From Candidatus Brachybacterium merdigallinarum (GTDB lineage Bacteria > Actinomycetota > Actinomycetes > Actinomycetales > Dermabacteraceae): DNA of 60,618 nucleotides. Where the stretch lies: positions 1 through 60,618 of the forward strand of contig DXDT01000122.1 in NCBI GenBank assembly GCA_019115335.1, read 5' to 3'. A model generated the notes under the pieces. That model did not search any database and was not told where the DNA came from. It saw only the letters and a list, made by a program, of their open reading frames with translations. Each line of letters starts with the position of its first letter. The first letter of the stretch is position 1. This document shows, in pieces, positions 49,292 to 58,711 of this stretch. A program made the translations under genes and the position numbers.

Positions 49292-50938
49292 TCATTCCGC
49301 CAATGCGTCAGTGACCAGGGCCTTCGCGGCCTCCTGGACCTCGGCGAGGTGGTCCTCCCCACGGAAGGACTCGGCGTAGATCTTGTAGATGTCCTCGGTC
49401 CCGGAGGGGCGAGCGGCGAACCACGCGGACTCGGTGGAGACCTTCAGACCGCCCAGCGCGCCCCCGGCGGGAGCCTCGGTGATCGCTGCGGTGATCGGCT
49501 CCCCGGCCAGCTCGGTCGCGGTGACCTGCTCGAGGCTGAGCGCTGCGAGCTTCGCCTTCTGCGCGCGATCCGCCGGCGCATCGATCCGCGCATACGCGCT
49601 GGCGCCGAACTCCTCGAGCAGCTCCGCATGCAGAGTCGAGGGAGAGCGGCCGGTGACGGCGAGGATCTCGGAGGCCAGCAGCGCCAGGATGATGCCGTCC
49701 TTGTCCGTGGTCCACACGCTGCCGTCCCGGCGCAGGAACGAGGCTCCAGCGCTCTCCTCGCCGCCGAAGCCCACCGAGGAGTCGATCAGGCCCGGCACGA
49801 ACCACTTGAATCCCACCGGCACCTCGTGCAGCTCACGGCCGAGCGAGGCCACGACCCGATCGATCAGGCTCGAGGAGACCACCGTCTTGCCGACCTTCGC
49901 CCCCGCCGGCCAGTGCGGCCGATGCGTGAACAGGTACTGGATGGCGACGGCCAGGTAGTGGTTGGGGTTCATCAGACCGCCGTCGGGGGTGACGATCCCG
50001 TGCCGATCCGCATCCGCGTCGTTGCCGGTCGCGATGTCGTAGTCCGCGCGCTGCTCGAGCAGGGAGGCCATCGACCACGGGCTCGAGCAGTCCATCCGGA
50101 TCTTCCCGTCCCGATCCAGGGTCATGAACGAGAACTGCGGGTCGACCGCGGGATTGACCACGGTCAGGTCCAGATCATGCAGCTCGCCGATCATCGCCCA
50201 GTAGTCCACCGCGGCGCCGCCCAGCGGGTCCGCCCCGATCCGCACCCCGGCTCGACGAATCGCCTCGATGTCGACCACAGAGGTCAGGTCCTCGACATAG
50301 GTGTGGAGGTAGTCGTAGCGCCCGGCCTCCTGCAGCGCCTTCTGCCGGCCATGACGGCGCACACCGCGCAGACCGCCGGCCAGCAGCTCGTTCGCACGGT
50401 CGGCGATCCAGCGGGTCGCGTCCGAGTCGGCCGGGCCGCCGTGCGGGGGGTTGTACTTGAAGCCGCCGTCCCGCGGCGGGTTGTGGCTGGGGGTGACGAC
50501 GATGCCGTCGGCGCGCCCCGAGGCGTTCGGCGCCAGAGCGCGGTTGTGGACCAGGATCGCGTGGGAGATCGCCGGGGTGGGGGTGAAGCTGTCCCCGGCG
50601 TCGATCCGCACATCGACCTCGTTGCCCGCCAGGACCTCGAGCGCGGTGTCGAAGGCAGGACGGGACAGTGCATGGGTGTCGCGCCCCATGAACAGCGGCC
50701 CGCTGATGCCCTGCCCAGCGCGGTACTCGACGATCGCCTGCGTGGTCGCCGCGATGTGGTCCTCGGTGAACTTCGCATCCAGGGAGGAGCCGCGGTGGCC
50801 CGAGGTGCCGAAGCTGACCGCCTGTTCCGGATCGGCGGGATCAGGGTGGAGGTCGTAGTAGGCGTCGAGCACGGCATCGACATCGATCAGATCTTCGGGA
50901 AGTGCCTTCTGGCCTGCACGGAGGTGCATGAGATCCAC
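49292..50938 (-). CDS. pgm: Phosphoglucomutase (alpha-D-glucose-1,6-bisphosphate dependent)
   Basis: [37 protein letters not shown]. Confidence 0.97.
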   Translation of the reverse strand: MDLMHLRAGQKALPEDLIDVDAVLDAYYDLHPDPADPEQAVSFGTSGHRGSSLDAKFTEDHIAATTQAIVEYRAGQGISGPLFMGRDTHALSRPAFDTALEVLAGNEVDVRIDAGDSFTPTPAISHAILVHNRALAPNASGRADGIVVTPSHNPPRDGGFKYNPPHGGPADSDATRWIADRANELLAGGLRGVRRHGRQKALQEAGRYDYLHTYVEDLTSVVDIEAIRRAGVRIGADPLGGAAVDYWAMIGELHDLDLTVVNPAVDPQFSFMTLDRDGKIRMDCSSPWSMASLLEQRADYDIATGNDADADRHGIVTPDGGLMNPNHYLAVAIQYLFTHRPHWPAGAKVGKTVVSSSLIDRVVASLGRELHEVPVGFKWFVPGLIDSSVGFGGEESAGASFLRRDGSVWTTDKDGIILALLASEILAVTGRSPSTLHAELLEEFGASAYARIDAPADRAQKAKLAALSLEQVTATELAGEPITAAITEAPAGGALGGLKVSTESAWFAARPSGTEDIYKIYAESFRGEDHLAEVQEAAKALVTDALAE

Positions 50939-51025
50939 TCCATCCTCGAGTTGCGGCTTCGCGTGGAGCCCACTCTAGGCCGCGCAGCCGAGCCCGGGGG
51001 AGAGGAGCCGGTCGGTGGGACGACC

Positions 51026-51721
51026 TCAGCCGGCGGAGCGGGAGCGCAGCAGCAGCACCAGGCCCACGATCGTGAGCACCAGGCCCGCCAGGCCCGCCAC
51101 GACTCCGATCGCGGGCCCCAGCAGCATCGGGCCGGCCATCTGCAGCACGTTGTAGGGGCCCAGGTAACCGGGCTGCTCGGTGCCCGTGCAGCTGAGGGTG
51201 ACCGTGGTGTCCTCGAGGGCGAGCAGCCCGAGGGACTGCTCATAGCTGGTCCCGTCGGGGAACTCGACGCTCCCCGAGGTGGGGACCGACGAGACCGCCG
51301 CGGAATCCTCCGGCGCGCAGCTCGCCCCGGCGGCGTCCTCGGAGGGGATGTAGACGATCAGCATCTCGTTGGCGGACAGCTCGATCTGCTCGCCCCCGGC
51401 GTCGAAGACGGTGGGACCCTGCGCGGTGTCCCCGACCAGGGAGCCGAAGCCCCACACCAGACCGATCACGACGGCCAGGGGAGCGATCACCACCAGCAGC
51501 ACCAGGCCCAGCACCATCGGCAGCACGCCGCGGCGAGGACCGGAACGACCGCTGCGGCCGCTGTCCGGACCCTCGGGCGCCGGGGGCGGCGAGGCGGGCA
51601 GGGCGGTGACCGGATCATCGCCGAACGGGGCGGCGTGCTGGCTGGGCTGTCCGGTCGGACCGGGCAGCCCGTAGGTGGGGCGCCGGCGCGGGGCGGGGGT
51701 CGACGACTCGCCGTCGGACAT
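51026..51721 (-). CDS. Hypothetical membrane protein (Pro-rich N-terminus, 2 TM flanking a small Cys-containing domain)
   Basis: ORF with AAGGAG SD and hydrophobic segments near both ends. Confidence 0.65.
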   Translation of the reverse strand: MSDGESSTPAPRRRPTYGLPGPTGQPSQHAAPFGDDPVTALPASPPPAPEGPDSGRSGRSGPRRGVLPMVLGLVLLVVIAPLAVVIGLVWGFGSLVGDTAQGPTVFDAGGEQIELSANEMLIVYIPSEDAAGASCAPEDSAAVSSVPTSGSVEFPDGTSYEQSLGLLALEDTTVTLSCTGTEQPGYLGPYNVLQMAGPMLLGPAIGVVAGLAGLVLTIVGLVLLLRSRSAG

Positions 51722-51771
51722 CGGGTCTCCTTCGAGGACGGATCGCACCAGGATAGAGGTCAGGACCTGGA

Positions 51772-52785
51772 TCAGGAGCGGAGCCCCAGGATCGCGAGCA
51801 CGAGGACGGCGGTCGTCAGCGCGGTCACCAGCGGGGTGGCGACCCAGGTCAGCACCATCGAACGGGCCACCCGCCAGCGCACATGGCGCGGACCGAGGGC
51901 GACCCCGGACCCGATCACGCTCGCTCCCAGGGCGTGCGAGGTCGAGACGGGTGCGTCCACCCCCAGCAGTGCTGCCCCGGTCACGGCGGCGGCGGAGGTC
52001 TCGGCCGCCAGCCCCTGGGCGGGGGAGAGGTCGGTCAGGCGCCGCCCGATGGTGCGGATCAGCCGGTGACCGCCCATCAGGGTGCCCGCGGCGACCGCCG
52101 CCGAGATCGAGACCATCAGCACGATCAGATCGATGCCGGGCAGCTGAGCGGTCGCGCCGAGGACCACCGCCAGGGCGAGCGGCAGGCGCGCATCGTTCAT
52201 CCCGTGGGCGGTCGCGACCAGGCCCGCCGATGCCGTCTGCGCGAACCGCAGCTCCCGGGTCCCGACCAGCTCAGTGCGGCCCAGGGCACGCAGCAGGTGC
52301 ATCAGCAGGTAGGCCAGGCTCACCGCGAGCATCGGCACCACCAGCGTCGTCACCAGCACCGTCAGCAGGCCCCACCAGTCCGCCGGGGCACCGATCGCGA
52401 CCGTCGCCCCCAGGAACCCGCCGAAGAAACCGTGCCAGGTCGAGGAGGGCATCCCGATCCACCAGGTGAGGATCTCCCACAGCAGGGACACCACCATCAC
52501 CACCACCAGGACCGTGGCCAGCAGGTTCGGGTCGTCGACCAGATGCTCGGTGAGCCTGCCGATGCCCAGCAGGCGCAGTGCCCAGTCGGCGGTCACGACC
52601 GTCAACCCCATCCCCAGCAGCGCGCCGACGAAGTTCAGCACCGCTGCGTACGCCAGCGCCGTCGACTCCCGCAGCGAGCGAGTGGTGATCGCGGTGGAGA
52701 CCGCGTTGGAGGCGTCGTGGAAACCGTTGTAGTAGGCCGTGACCAGGCAGAGGACCAAGGCCATGAGCAGCAGGAGAGGGCTCAC
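51772..52785 (-). CDS. pit: Inorganic phosphate transporter (PiT family)
   Basis: NGFHDASNAV, GMPSST, HGMNDA, PVSTSH; GTG start just after the DUF47 stop. Confidence 0.9.
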   Translation of the reverse strand: MSPLLLLMALVLCLVTAYYNGFHDASNAVSTAITTRSLRESTALAYAAVLNFVGALLGMGLTVVTADWALRLLGIGRLTEHLVDDPNLLATVLVVVMVVSLLWEILTWWIGMPSSTWHGFFGGFLGATVAIGAPADWWGLLTVLVTTLVVPMLAVSLAYLLMHLLRALGRTELVGTRELRFAQTASAGLVATAHGMNDARLPLALAVVLGATAQLPGIDLIVLMVSISAAVAAGTLMGGHRLIRTIGRRLTDLSPAQGLAAETSAAAVTGAALLGVDAPVSTSHALGASVIGSGVALGPRHVRWRVARSMVLTWVATPLVTALTTAVLVLAILGLRS

Positions 52786-52786
52786 C

Positions 52787-53410
52787 TCACGCGTCCTTGA
52801 CGCGCAGCAGATCCGCCAGTCGACCCGTGCGCTCCTGCAGGGCGATGGTGCGGGAGATCGACTCGGTGACATCGTGCAGGGCCAGCATCTCGGCGGAGGC
52901 GCCGCCGCGGCGGTACAGCTCCCCGAGCGCCTGCCGGGTCAGACGATCCCCCTGACGCTTGTTGCGCCGGATCCGGGCGTAGAAATCGCCCAGCCGACGC
53001 TGCTGCCCCAGCTCCCAGGTGGCCTCCACGGTGAGCTCGGCGCTGCGCTCGATCAGCTTCGCGGCCTCCAGCAGCGGGGTGGGGAGCTTGCCGGCCCGGG
53101 ACAGGACCAGCAGCTCGGCCGTGTGCTCCATCGCATCGAGGGTGTCGGCGATGGTCAGCGCCAGGTCGTAGAGGAGCTCCGCCTCGTAGGGCGTGATCAG
53201 CGACTGGGTGATGCGGTTGGAGATCCGCCGGGTCAGCTCCTCGGCGGTGGTGGCGTTCTCATGCAGTCGCGGAGCGATGCGGGCCCGGTCACGCGCAGTG
53301 TGGCCCAGCAGGCGCGAATGCGTGTCCGAGGCGCGCACCAGCAGCTCGGCGAGCTCGCCGAACAGGCCGTACATGGGGCGCTCCACCCGATGCGGGAACA
53401 GCCGGAACAT
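52787..53410 (-). CDS. DUF47 (PhoU-like) Pit accessory protein
   Basis: Helical 207-aa protein with ITPYEAE..YDLA; directly upstream of pit; AAGGAGGA SD. Confidence 0.85.
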   Translation of the reverse strand: MFRLFPHRVERPMYGLFGELAELLVRASDTHSRLLGHTARDRARIAPRLHENATTAEELTRRISNRITQSLITPYEAELLYDLALTIADTLDAMEHTAELLVLSRAGKLPTPLLEAAKLIERSAELTVEATWELGQQRRLGDFYARIRRNKRQGDRLTRQALGELYRRGGASAEMLALHDVTESISRTIALQERTGRLADLLRVKDA

Positions 53411-53473
53411 CGCCGATCCTCCTTGCGCTATCGGGTTGTGCACCCGGGGCATGCGGGTGTTCGTGCACGAAGA

Positions 53474-53560
53474 GTGCGCCGGACCGGGATGCGCCTGTCG
53501 GCGCGAAGGCCGCTCGAAGCGGCAAATGTTGGAGCCCGGGGCAACCGCGGCCCGGCGCAC
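53474..53560 (-). ncRNA. Candidate structured ncRNA / 5' leader (multi-branch junction)
   Basis: 13-bp closing stem encloses GCCGCT-TCG-AGCGGC and GCGCC-GACA-GGCGC hairpins; TACGAT -10 (53566-53571) lies 5 nt upstream of the stem's 5' end. Confidence 0.55.
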
Positions 53561-53649
53561 GCACCATCGTAGGACACTCCTGCCCGGTCGCGTCCAGCCC
53601 CGGAGCAGGGGGATGCGTCACGGTCCCTCCAGCACGTCCCGCCAGCACG

Positions 53650-54276
53650 TCAGTCCAGGGTGTCGGCCGCGGCGTGACGACCGGCGAGGGTCAGCTCCTC
53701 CCCGGTGCTCAGCAGGCGCTCGGCCTGGCCGGTCAGCACCGTGGCGGCCTCGGGGTCCGTTCCGGCCGTGTCCGCCAGATGGGCGGTGCCGTGGGCGACC
53801 AGGGTCGCGATCGCCCCCGCCCGCATCAGCGCGATCGCCAGGTCCCCGGTGAAGGCGCCGCGCAGGATCTCGTCCATGGTGCGGCGCACCTGATCGATCT
53901 CCGGCGGCTCGGCGAAACCGGAGAGGTAGCGCAGGCCCGGCACCGTGCGGGTCCCGGCCCGGTAGCGGCGCACGACGTCGTCCCCGGACTGCTGGACCCA
54001 GGTGTGCAGCACGTACAGCCGCCACAGCGCGCCGGGCAGGGAAGCGGCCGGGGAGCCGGACCACAGCGCCGCCAGATCGGTGAGGCCATCGGCCGCGGCC
54101 AGCTGCACCACCCGTTCGACGACCTCGGGATCGGAGCTGTGGAAGACCCCGTCCAGGAGAGCGCGCGCGGAGTCGTGGGCCAGGTCGCCGCGGGTGGCGG
54201 GATCCGGCTCACCCGGGATCTGCTCGGCCCGGGCGGGGAACAGCGGGGCAGGGCGACGGAACGGGGAGGGGGACAT
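53650..54276 (-). CDS. Conserved hypothetical protein
   Basis: 208-aa ORF with LWSGSPAASLPGALWRLY and ILRGAFTGD motifs; leaderless TAGGCT-N6-ATG start. Confidence 0.7.
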   Translation of the reverse strand: MSPSPFRRPAPLFPARAEQIPGEPDPATRGDLAHDSARALLDGVFHSSDPEVVERVVQLAAADGLTDLAALWSGSPAASLPGALWRLYVLHTWVQQSGDDVVRRYRAGTRTVPGLRYLSGFAEPPEIDQVRRTMDEILRGAFTGDLAIALMRAGAIATLVAHGTAHLADTAGTDPEAATVLTGQAERLLSTGEELTLAGRHAAADTLD

Positions 54277-54310
54277 GAAATCAGCCTACGCGCCGACTAC
54301 TGTGGTGGGC

Positions 54311-54952
54311 ATGACGATCCCTCGCCAGCTGGGCCCCGAGACCGGGCCGCGCAGCGTGCTTCCGGACTACTCCCGGTCCAATGCGACCGTCGAGCGCATG
54401 GTCGCGAACCTCGACGGCCCGCAGAGTGCCGCGCGGGGACGGGTCCTGCGCACCCTGGCACCGGCCCATGCGCAGACCGACATCCTGATCCGCGGCGGGG
54501 CCGCGACCGTCCTCGGCGCCGGATCGATCATCGCGATCATCGCGGTGGTCGCCCTGCTGCTGGGGGTCGAGGAGGGGCATGCCCCGGGGATCGGGCTGCT
54601 CCTGGTGGTGCTGGTGCTGGGCCTGCTCGCGCTGGTGCTCGCGCTGCTGGCGCTGCGGTTCGCGGTGGTGGCCCTGGCCACCTACCGATCCAGCGTGGAC
54701 GTCACCGAGACGGGTCTGCGGATCCAGGGGGCTCTGGGCAGCCGCACGGTGCCCTGGCACGACATCCTCGCGATCGAGTCCCGCGTGATCCATCCGGTGC
54801 ACTGGCTGACCGTCGCCGTGCGCCGGCAGGACGGCGGACGGGTGATCATGCCCGCCTTCGACCGCCACATCTGGCAGTACGGCGCTCCGACGGGGGAGGA
54901 CGTGCGCGGGCTGCGGCGCGAGCTGCACCGCCGCACCCACGGGGCGCGCTGA
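54311..54952 (+). CDS. Membrane protein with C-terminal bacterial PH-like domain
   Basis: Two TM helices followed by VDVTETGLRIQG..SRTVPWHDI..I (bPH pattern); leaderless start. Confidence 0.7.
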   Translation: MTIPRQLGPETGPRSVLPDYSRSNATVERMVANLDGPQSAARGRVLRTLAPAHAQTDILIRGGAATVLGAGSIIAIIAVVALLLGVEEGHAPGIGLLLVVLVLGLLALVLALLALRFAVVALATYRSSVDVTETGLRIQGALGSRTVPWHDILAIESRVIHPVHWLTVAVRRQDGGRVIMPAFDRHIWQYGAPTGEDVRGLRRELHRRTHGAR

Positions 54953-54978
54953 GCGCCCCCCGCAGCACGCGGCCCCGC

Positions 54979-55665
54979 TCAGGCGGCGGGCGCCTGGCTG
55001 GTGCCCTGCTCCCACAGAGCGGCGACCGCCGCGGAGACCTGCTCGCGGGCCAGCGGGGAGACGGTGAGGATGCCCTCCTCGTCCAGCGGCAGGTGGGCGA
55101 GCTGCCAGGAGCCGTCCGCCTCGACATGGAACATCAGCGGCGCGGCCTCCTGCGGTGCCGTGGCGTCGGTGCGCCGCAGCGAGACGGTGCGCTGCTCGCC
55201 CTCGTCGAGGAAGGCGAGCACGATGTCGGTCACCGAGGCCGCGACCTCCTCCGGGTTCGGCAGCGCCGAGACCACGAAGGAGTCCAGCTCGTCCTGGGTG
55301 AGCATGATGATGGCCTGGTTGGCCTTGATCACGAACGCCATCCGCATCGCCTCGCCCTCGCTGAGGGCGATGCCCAGCCAGCGATCGGCCGCGGTCAGCG
55401 CGGTCGCGACGACCTGCCCCTCCGAGCCCAGCAGCCACTGGCCGTCCGCTGAGCGCTCGACCTTGCCCCGGGCTCGCAGCCCGGAGGTCACCGCGGCGGT
55501 GACGAACTCGCGGGCCTCCTCGGGGGCGGAGCGCAGTCCGACCTGCTCGCGGGTGATCGCCCCCGCCTCGGTCTCGCGCAGGCTCAGCATGAAGTCGATC
55601 TCGTAGGCGGTGTAGATCGTGGGCTGCTCCTGGTCGTCCTGCGCAGCGGCGGTGCTCTCGGTCAT
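54979..55665 (-). CDS. Hypothetical protein, EspG-like
   Basis: 228 aa; YEIDFML...SGLRARGKV pattern and alternating beta strands are reminiscent of EspG; GAGGGGA SD. Confidence 0.5.
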   Translation of the reverse strand: MTESTAAAQDDQEQPTIYTAYEIDFMLSLRETEAGAITREQVGLRSAPEEAREFVTAAVTSGLRARGKVERSADGQWLLGSEGQVVATALTAADRWLGIALSEGEAMRMAFVIKANQAIIMLTQDELDSFVVSALPNPEEVAASVTDIVLAFLDEGEQRTVSLRRTDATAPQEAAPLMFHVEADGSWQLAHLPLDEEGILTVSPLAREQVSAAVAALWEQGTSQAPAA

Positions 55666-55761
55666 GGTGTCCCCTCGTCCGGTTCTCTCGTGCGACACCG
55701 AAAGCATGTCAGATCACAAGGGATCCCGGGAGCTCGGTGCCATCGGTGTGGATCCAGCGGC

Positions 55762-56775
55762 TCAGGAGAGGCGCTCGTAGTTCTCGAGTGTGACCTCGGA
55801 GCGCAGGGGCCGCCCGCCCAGGAACGCCTCGACCTCGTCGACCACCCCGGCGCCCTGCTGGAAGCGGGCCTCCACCGTGCCGCCGGCCACGTGCGGGGTC
55901 AGCAGCACGTTCTCGAGACCGAACAGGGGGCTGTCCGCCGGCAGCGGTTCGACATCGAACACGTCCAGCCCGGCGCGCAGCCGCCCGGAGACCAGCTGCG
56001 CGGTGAGGGCCTCCATGTCGATCACTGCCGAGCGGGCGGTGTTGATCACGATGGTGCCGTCGCCGAGCCGGTCGATCATCCCCGCGTCGATCATGCCGCG
56101 GGTGGCGTCGGTGACGGGGGCGTGGATCGCGAGCACCTCCGAGCGCTCGCACAGCTCCGCGAGGCCCAGCATCTCGATGCCGAGGGACTCCGCGTCGCGG
56201 GGGTCGACGAACGGGTCGTAGGCAGCCAGGGAGGTCACCCCGAGCCCGCGCGCCATCCGGGCGTAGTGCCGGCCGGTGCGGGACAGGCCCACCAGGCCCA
56301 CCCGGCGGGCATCGAGGGAGTGCGTGAGCCGGCCGACCCCGCCGTGCTTCCAGTCGCGGGAGGACTGCAGGCGGCGGTCCATCCCGTGCACGTCCCGCAG
56401 CAGCACCAGCGTCATCGTGATCGCGAGCTCGGCGACGGCCTTGGCCATCGGGTCCGAGCCGCCCTGGACCAGCCGCAGGCCCTGGGCGAGGACCTGCGGG
56501 GGGAACAGGCCTCGGATGGTGCCGGCGGTGTGCGCCGCCAGGCGCAGGCGGGAGCCGTGCAGCTGCTCGGGGTCGATCGGCGCGGTGGACCAAGAGGTGA
56601 TCAGCACGTCCACGTCGTCCGCCAGGCCCGATGGCAGCGGGATCCGGGGGAGGGAGTCGTCCGCCGGGAGCACCAGCTCGCCGAGCGCGCGCAGCCGCTC
56701 GAGGCTCGTGGCGTCGTACTGGATGTCCCTCTCCGCGGCGCGCAGGGCGAGGAAGATGCGGGGGGAGTCGATCAT
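55762..56775 (-). CDS. D-isomer-specific 2-hydroxyacid dehydrogenase family
   Basis: HTAGTIR, VGLSRTG, INTARS, LDVFDVEPLP, LTPHVAG. Confidence 0.92.
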   Translation of the reverse strand: MIDSPRIFLALRAAERDIQYDATSLERLRALGELVLPADDSLPRIPLPSGLADDVDVLITSWSTAPIDPEQLHGSRLRLAAHTAGTIRGLFPPQVLAQGLRLVQGGSDPMAKAVAELAITMTLVLLRDVHGMDRRLQSSRDWKHGGVGRLTHSLDARRVGLVGLSRTGRHYARMARGLGVTSLAAYDPFVDPRDAESLGIEMLGLAELCERSEVLAIHAPVTDATRGMIDAGMIDRLGDGTIVINTARSAVIDMEALTAQLVSGRLRAGLDVFDVEPLPADSPLFGLENVLLTPHVAGGTVEARFQQGAGVVDEVEAFLGGRPLRSEVTLENYERLS

Positions 56776-57614
56776 GGGGCGCTCCTGGGGGTGGGGGAGT
56801 CGGGCAGCAGGCCGAGCTCTCGCAGTCCGCGGACGATGCGGGCGGCGACCAGGTGGTTGCCGATCTGGTTGAAGTGGCCGGGGTCGTTCGAGAGCGCGGG
56901 CGGCTTCGCCCCGGCCTCCCGCTCGGCGAGGTCCTCCGCGCTCATCACCAGGCCCGTGCCCGCCTCGACGGCGGGAGAGGTGAGCAGATCCTGGACCCCC
57001 AGGTGGGAGGGACCGAAGTGCTCCTCGCAGGCGGTGTTGACGGCCAGGACCTCCGCCCGCTGCTGCTCGTCGGCGCCGTTGTTCGTGAACTGGCCGACGA
57101 CGGCGACCCGCGCCCCGGCACGGGAGAGATGATCGGCGGTCGCGATGATCCGTTCGACGACGCCCGCGGCGCTCTGGCCCCGGTTCACGTCGTTCTTGCC
57201 CATCCACAGCAGGGCGTCCCGGCCCCGCAGCTCCTGGCCGCGGGAGGGCAGGAACGGGTCGCCGTCCACCGCGACCGGAGCGCCCGGGGTGGAGCGGGTG
57301 AGGAAGACGCCTTCCTCGGTGCCGTGCACGACCGCCTCGATGCCGGCGACCCGCCCGGCGAAGGGCTTCAGGTGCTCGGAGGCCAGATCCAGCGCCGTCG
57401 GCTCCAGTCGCACGGAGCCCGCAGCGGGGAGGTGACCGTCGGGCGTGCGCACCGGCAGCGGGATCGAGCCGATCCGGGCGGCGGTGTGATGGGAGGTCTC
57501 CCCGCCGGCGCCTTCGTCGAGGAACAGGGCGCCAGTGCCGTGCAGCGCGACCTCGAGGGCGGGGCCGATCCCGGCCATGGAGGAGGACCCCCAGCCGACC
57601 AGCAGGGCGGTCAT
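56772..57614 (-). CDS. SGNH/GDSL-like esterase
   Basis: Block I WGSSS, block III WMGKND, block V DPGHFN. Confidence 0.7.
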   Translation of the reverse strand: MTALLVGWGSSSMAGIGPALEVALHGTGALFLDEGAGGETSHHTAARIGSIPLPVRTPDGHLPAAGSVRLEPTALDLASEHLKPFAGRVAGIEAVVHGTEEGVFLTRSTPGAPVAVDGDPFLPSRGQELRGRDALLWMGKNDVNRGQSAAGVVERIIATADHLSRAGARVAVVGQFTNNGADEQQRAEVLAVNTACEEHFGPSHLGVQDLLTSPAVEAGTGLVMSAEDLAEREAGAKPPALSNDPGHFNQIGNHLVAARIVRGLRELGLLPDSPTPRSAP

Positions 57615-58711
57615 GCCAGCCACCGGTCCCGGCCCGCGGCCACGAACTCCTCGTCCAGCAGCGCCGGGAATCGCCGACGCACCCCCTGGATCAGCTCGGC
57701 CTGGCCGGGGGAGAGCACGTCCGGGCCCAGGCAACGGGCGGTCGAGACCAGGCCCTGCTGGCGCAGCACCTCGTTGACCCCGGGCACGCAGCCGGCGAAG
57801 TCGTGCAGGGTGTCGAACACGGCGGCGTTGACCTCGACCATGTCGCTCGCCAGCGACAGCAGATCCTGGCTGACCGCATCGGCCGCCACCGCGGCCTCGA
57901 CCGCGGCCACCAGCTCCACCGCGGCGCGGGTGCCCACCGCCCACTGGCCCAGCAGCCCGCCCCGGGCCCGCACCTCGCGCACCCGGCCCCCGACCTTCGC
58001 GCGGTATGGGGTGATCAGGTCGTGGACGATCGCATCGTCGTTGCCGGTCAGCACCGCGACCTGGTCCCAGCGGTCGTGGACCAGCAGCTCCTGCATGACA
58101 TCGCCGGTGCGATAGCGGTCGAAGGGGGCGGTCTTGACGGCGACCACGGACTCCAGATCGAACAGCCGCCGCCAGAAGCTGCGGGGCAGTGCGGTCCCGC
58201 CCACGCTGTCCTGCAGGTAGAACCCGATCGTCGGCAGGATTTCACCGACCGTGCGGGCGCGCTCGAACAGGGTCTGCGGGCTGCGCTCGCTCATGCCCCA
58301 GGGGCTCATCAGTGCCGCGTGGTAGCCGAGCTCGCGGGCGGTCTCCGCCTCGCGCACCGCCTGCGCGGTGTCGCCCACCAGTCCGGCGATCAGCAGCGGG
58401 CTTTCCGGCAGCGAGCTGCTGTGGGCCGCGGTGAGCTCGGCGGCCTGCTGCCAGACGGTGCGCAGCAGACCGGGATCGTCGTGCAGCTCGAACTGGGTGG
58501 AGTGGACGCCGACCGCCAGCCCGTGCACCCCGGCCTCGAGCTGGTAGCGCGTCAGCGCGGCCTGGGCCCGCTCGTCCAGGGTGCCCTGCGCGGTGAGCGC
58601 CAGGGGGTGGGCGGGGATCACCATCCCGGAGTCCAGCCGCGCGTGCAGGTCCCGAAGCCGGTGGGGGTCCTGTTCCTGGCGGGGGGCCCGGCGGGTCGTC
58701 GGCGTGATCAT
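57611..58711 (-). CDS. Dihydrodipicolinate synthase (class I aldolase) family protein
   Basis: VIPAHPLAL, AVGVHSTQF, GFYLQ, VAVKTAPFDRY (Schiff-base Lys), TGNDD, GGLLGQW. Confidence 0.85.
   Translation of the reverse strand: MITPTTRRAPRQEQDPHRLRDLHARLDSGMVIPAHPLALTAQGTLDERAQAALTRYQLEAGVHGLAVGVHSTQFELHDDPGLLRTVWQQAAELTAAHSSSLPESPLLIAGLVGDTAQAVREAETARELGYHAALMSPWGMSERSPQTLFERARTVGEILPTIGFYLQDSVGGTALPRSFWRRLFDLESVVAVKTAPFDRYRTGDVMQELLVHDRWDQVAVLTGNDDAIVHDLITPYRAKVGGRVREVRARGGLLGQWAVGTRAAVELVAAVEAAVAADAVSQDLLSLASDMVEVNAAVFDTLHDFAGCVPGVNEVLRQQGLVSTARCLGPDVLSPGQAELIQGVRRRFPALLDEEFVAAGRDRWLA

Noticed and set aside
53474-53560. SRP (4.5S) RNA or tRNA identity for the structured element
   Set aside because: It lacks the SRP helix-8 CAGG/GGAA/AGCA motif and the tRNA T-loop and acceptor features.
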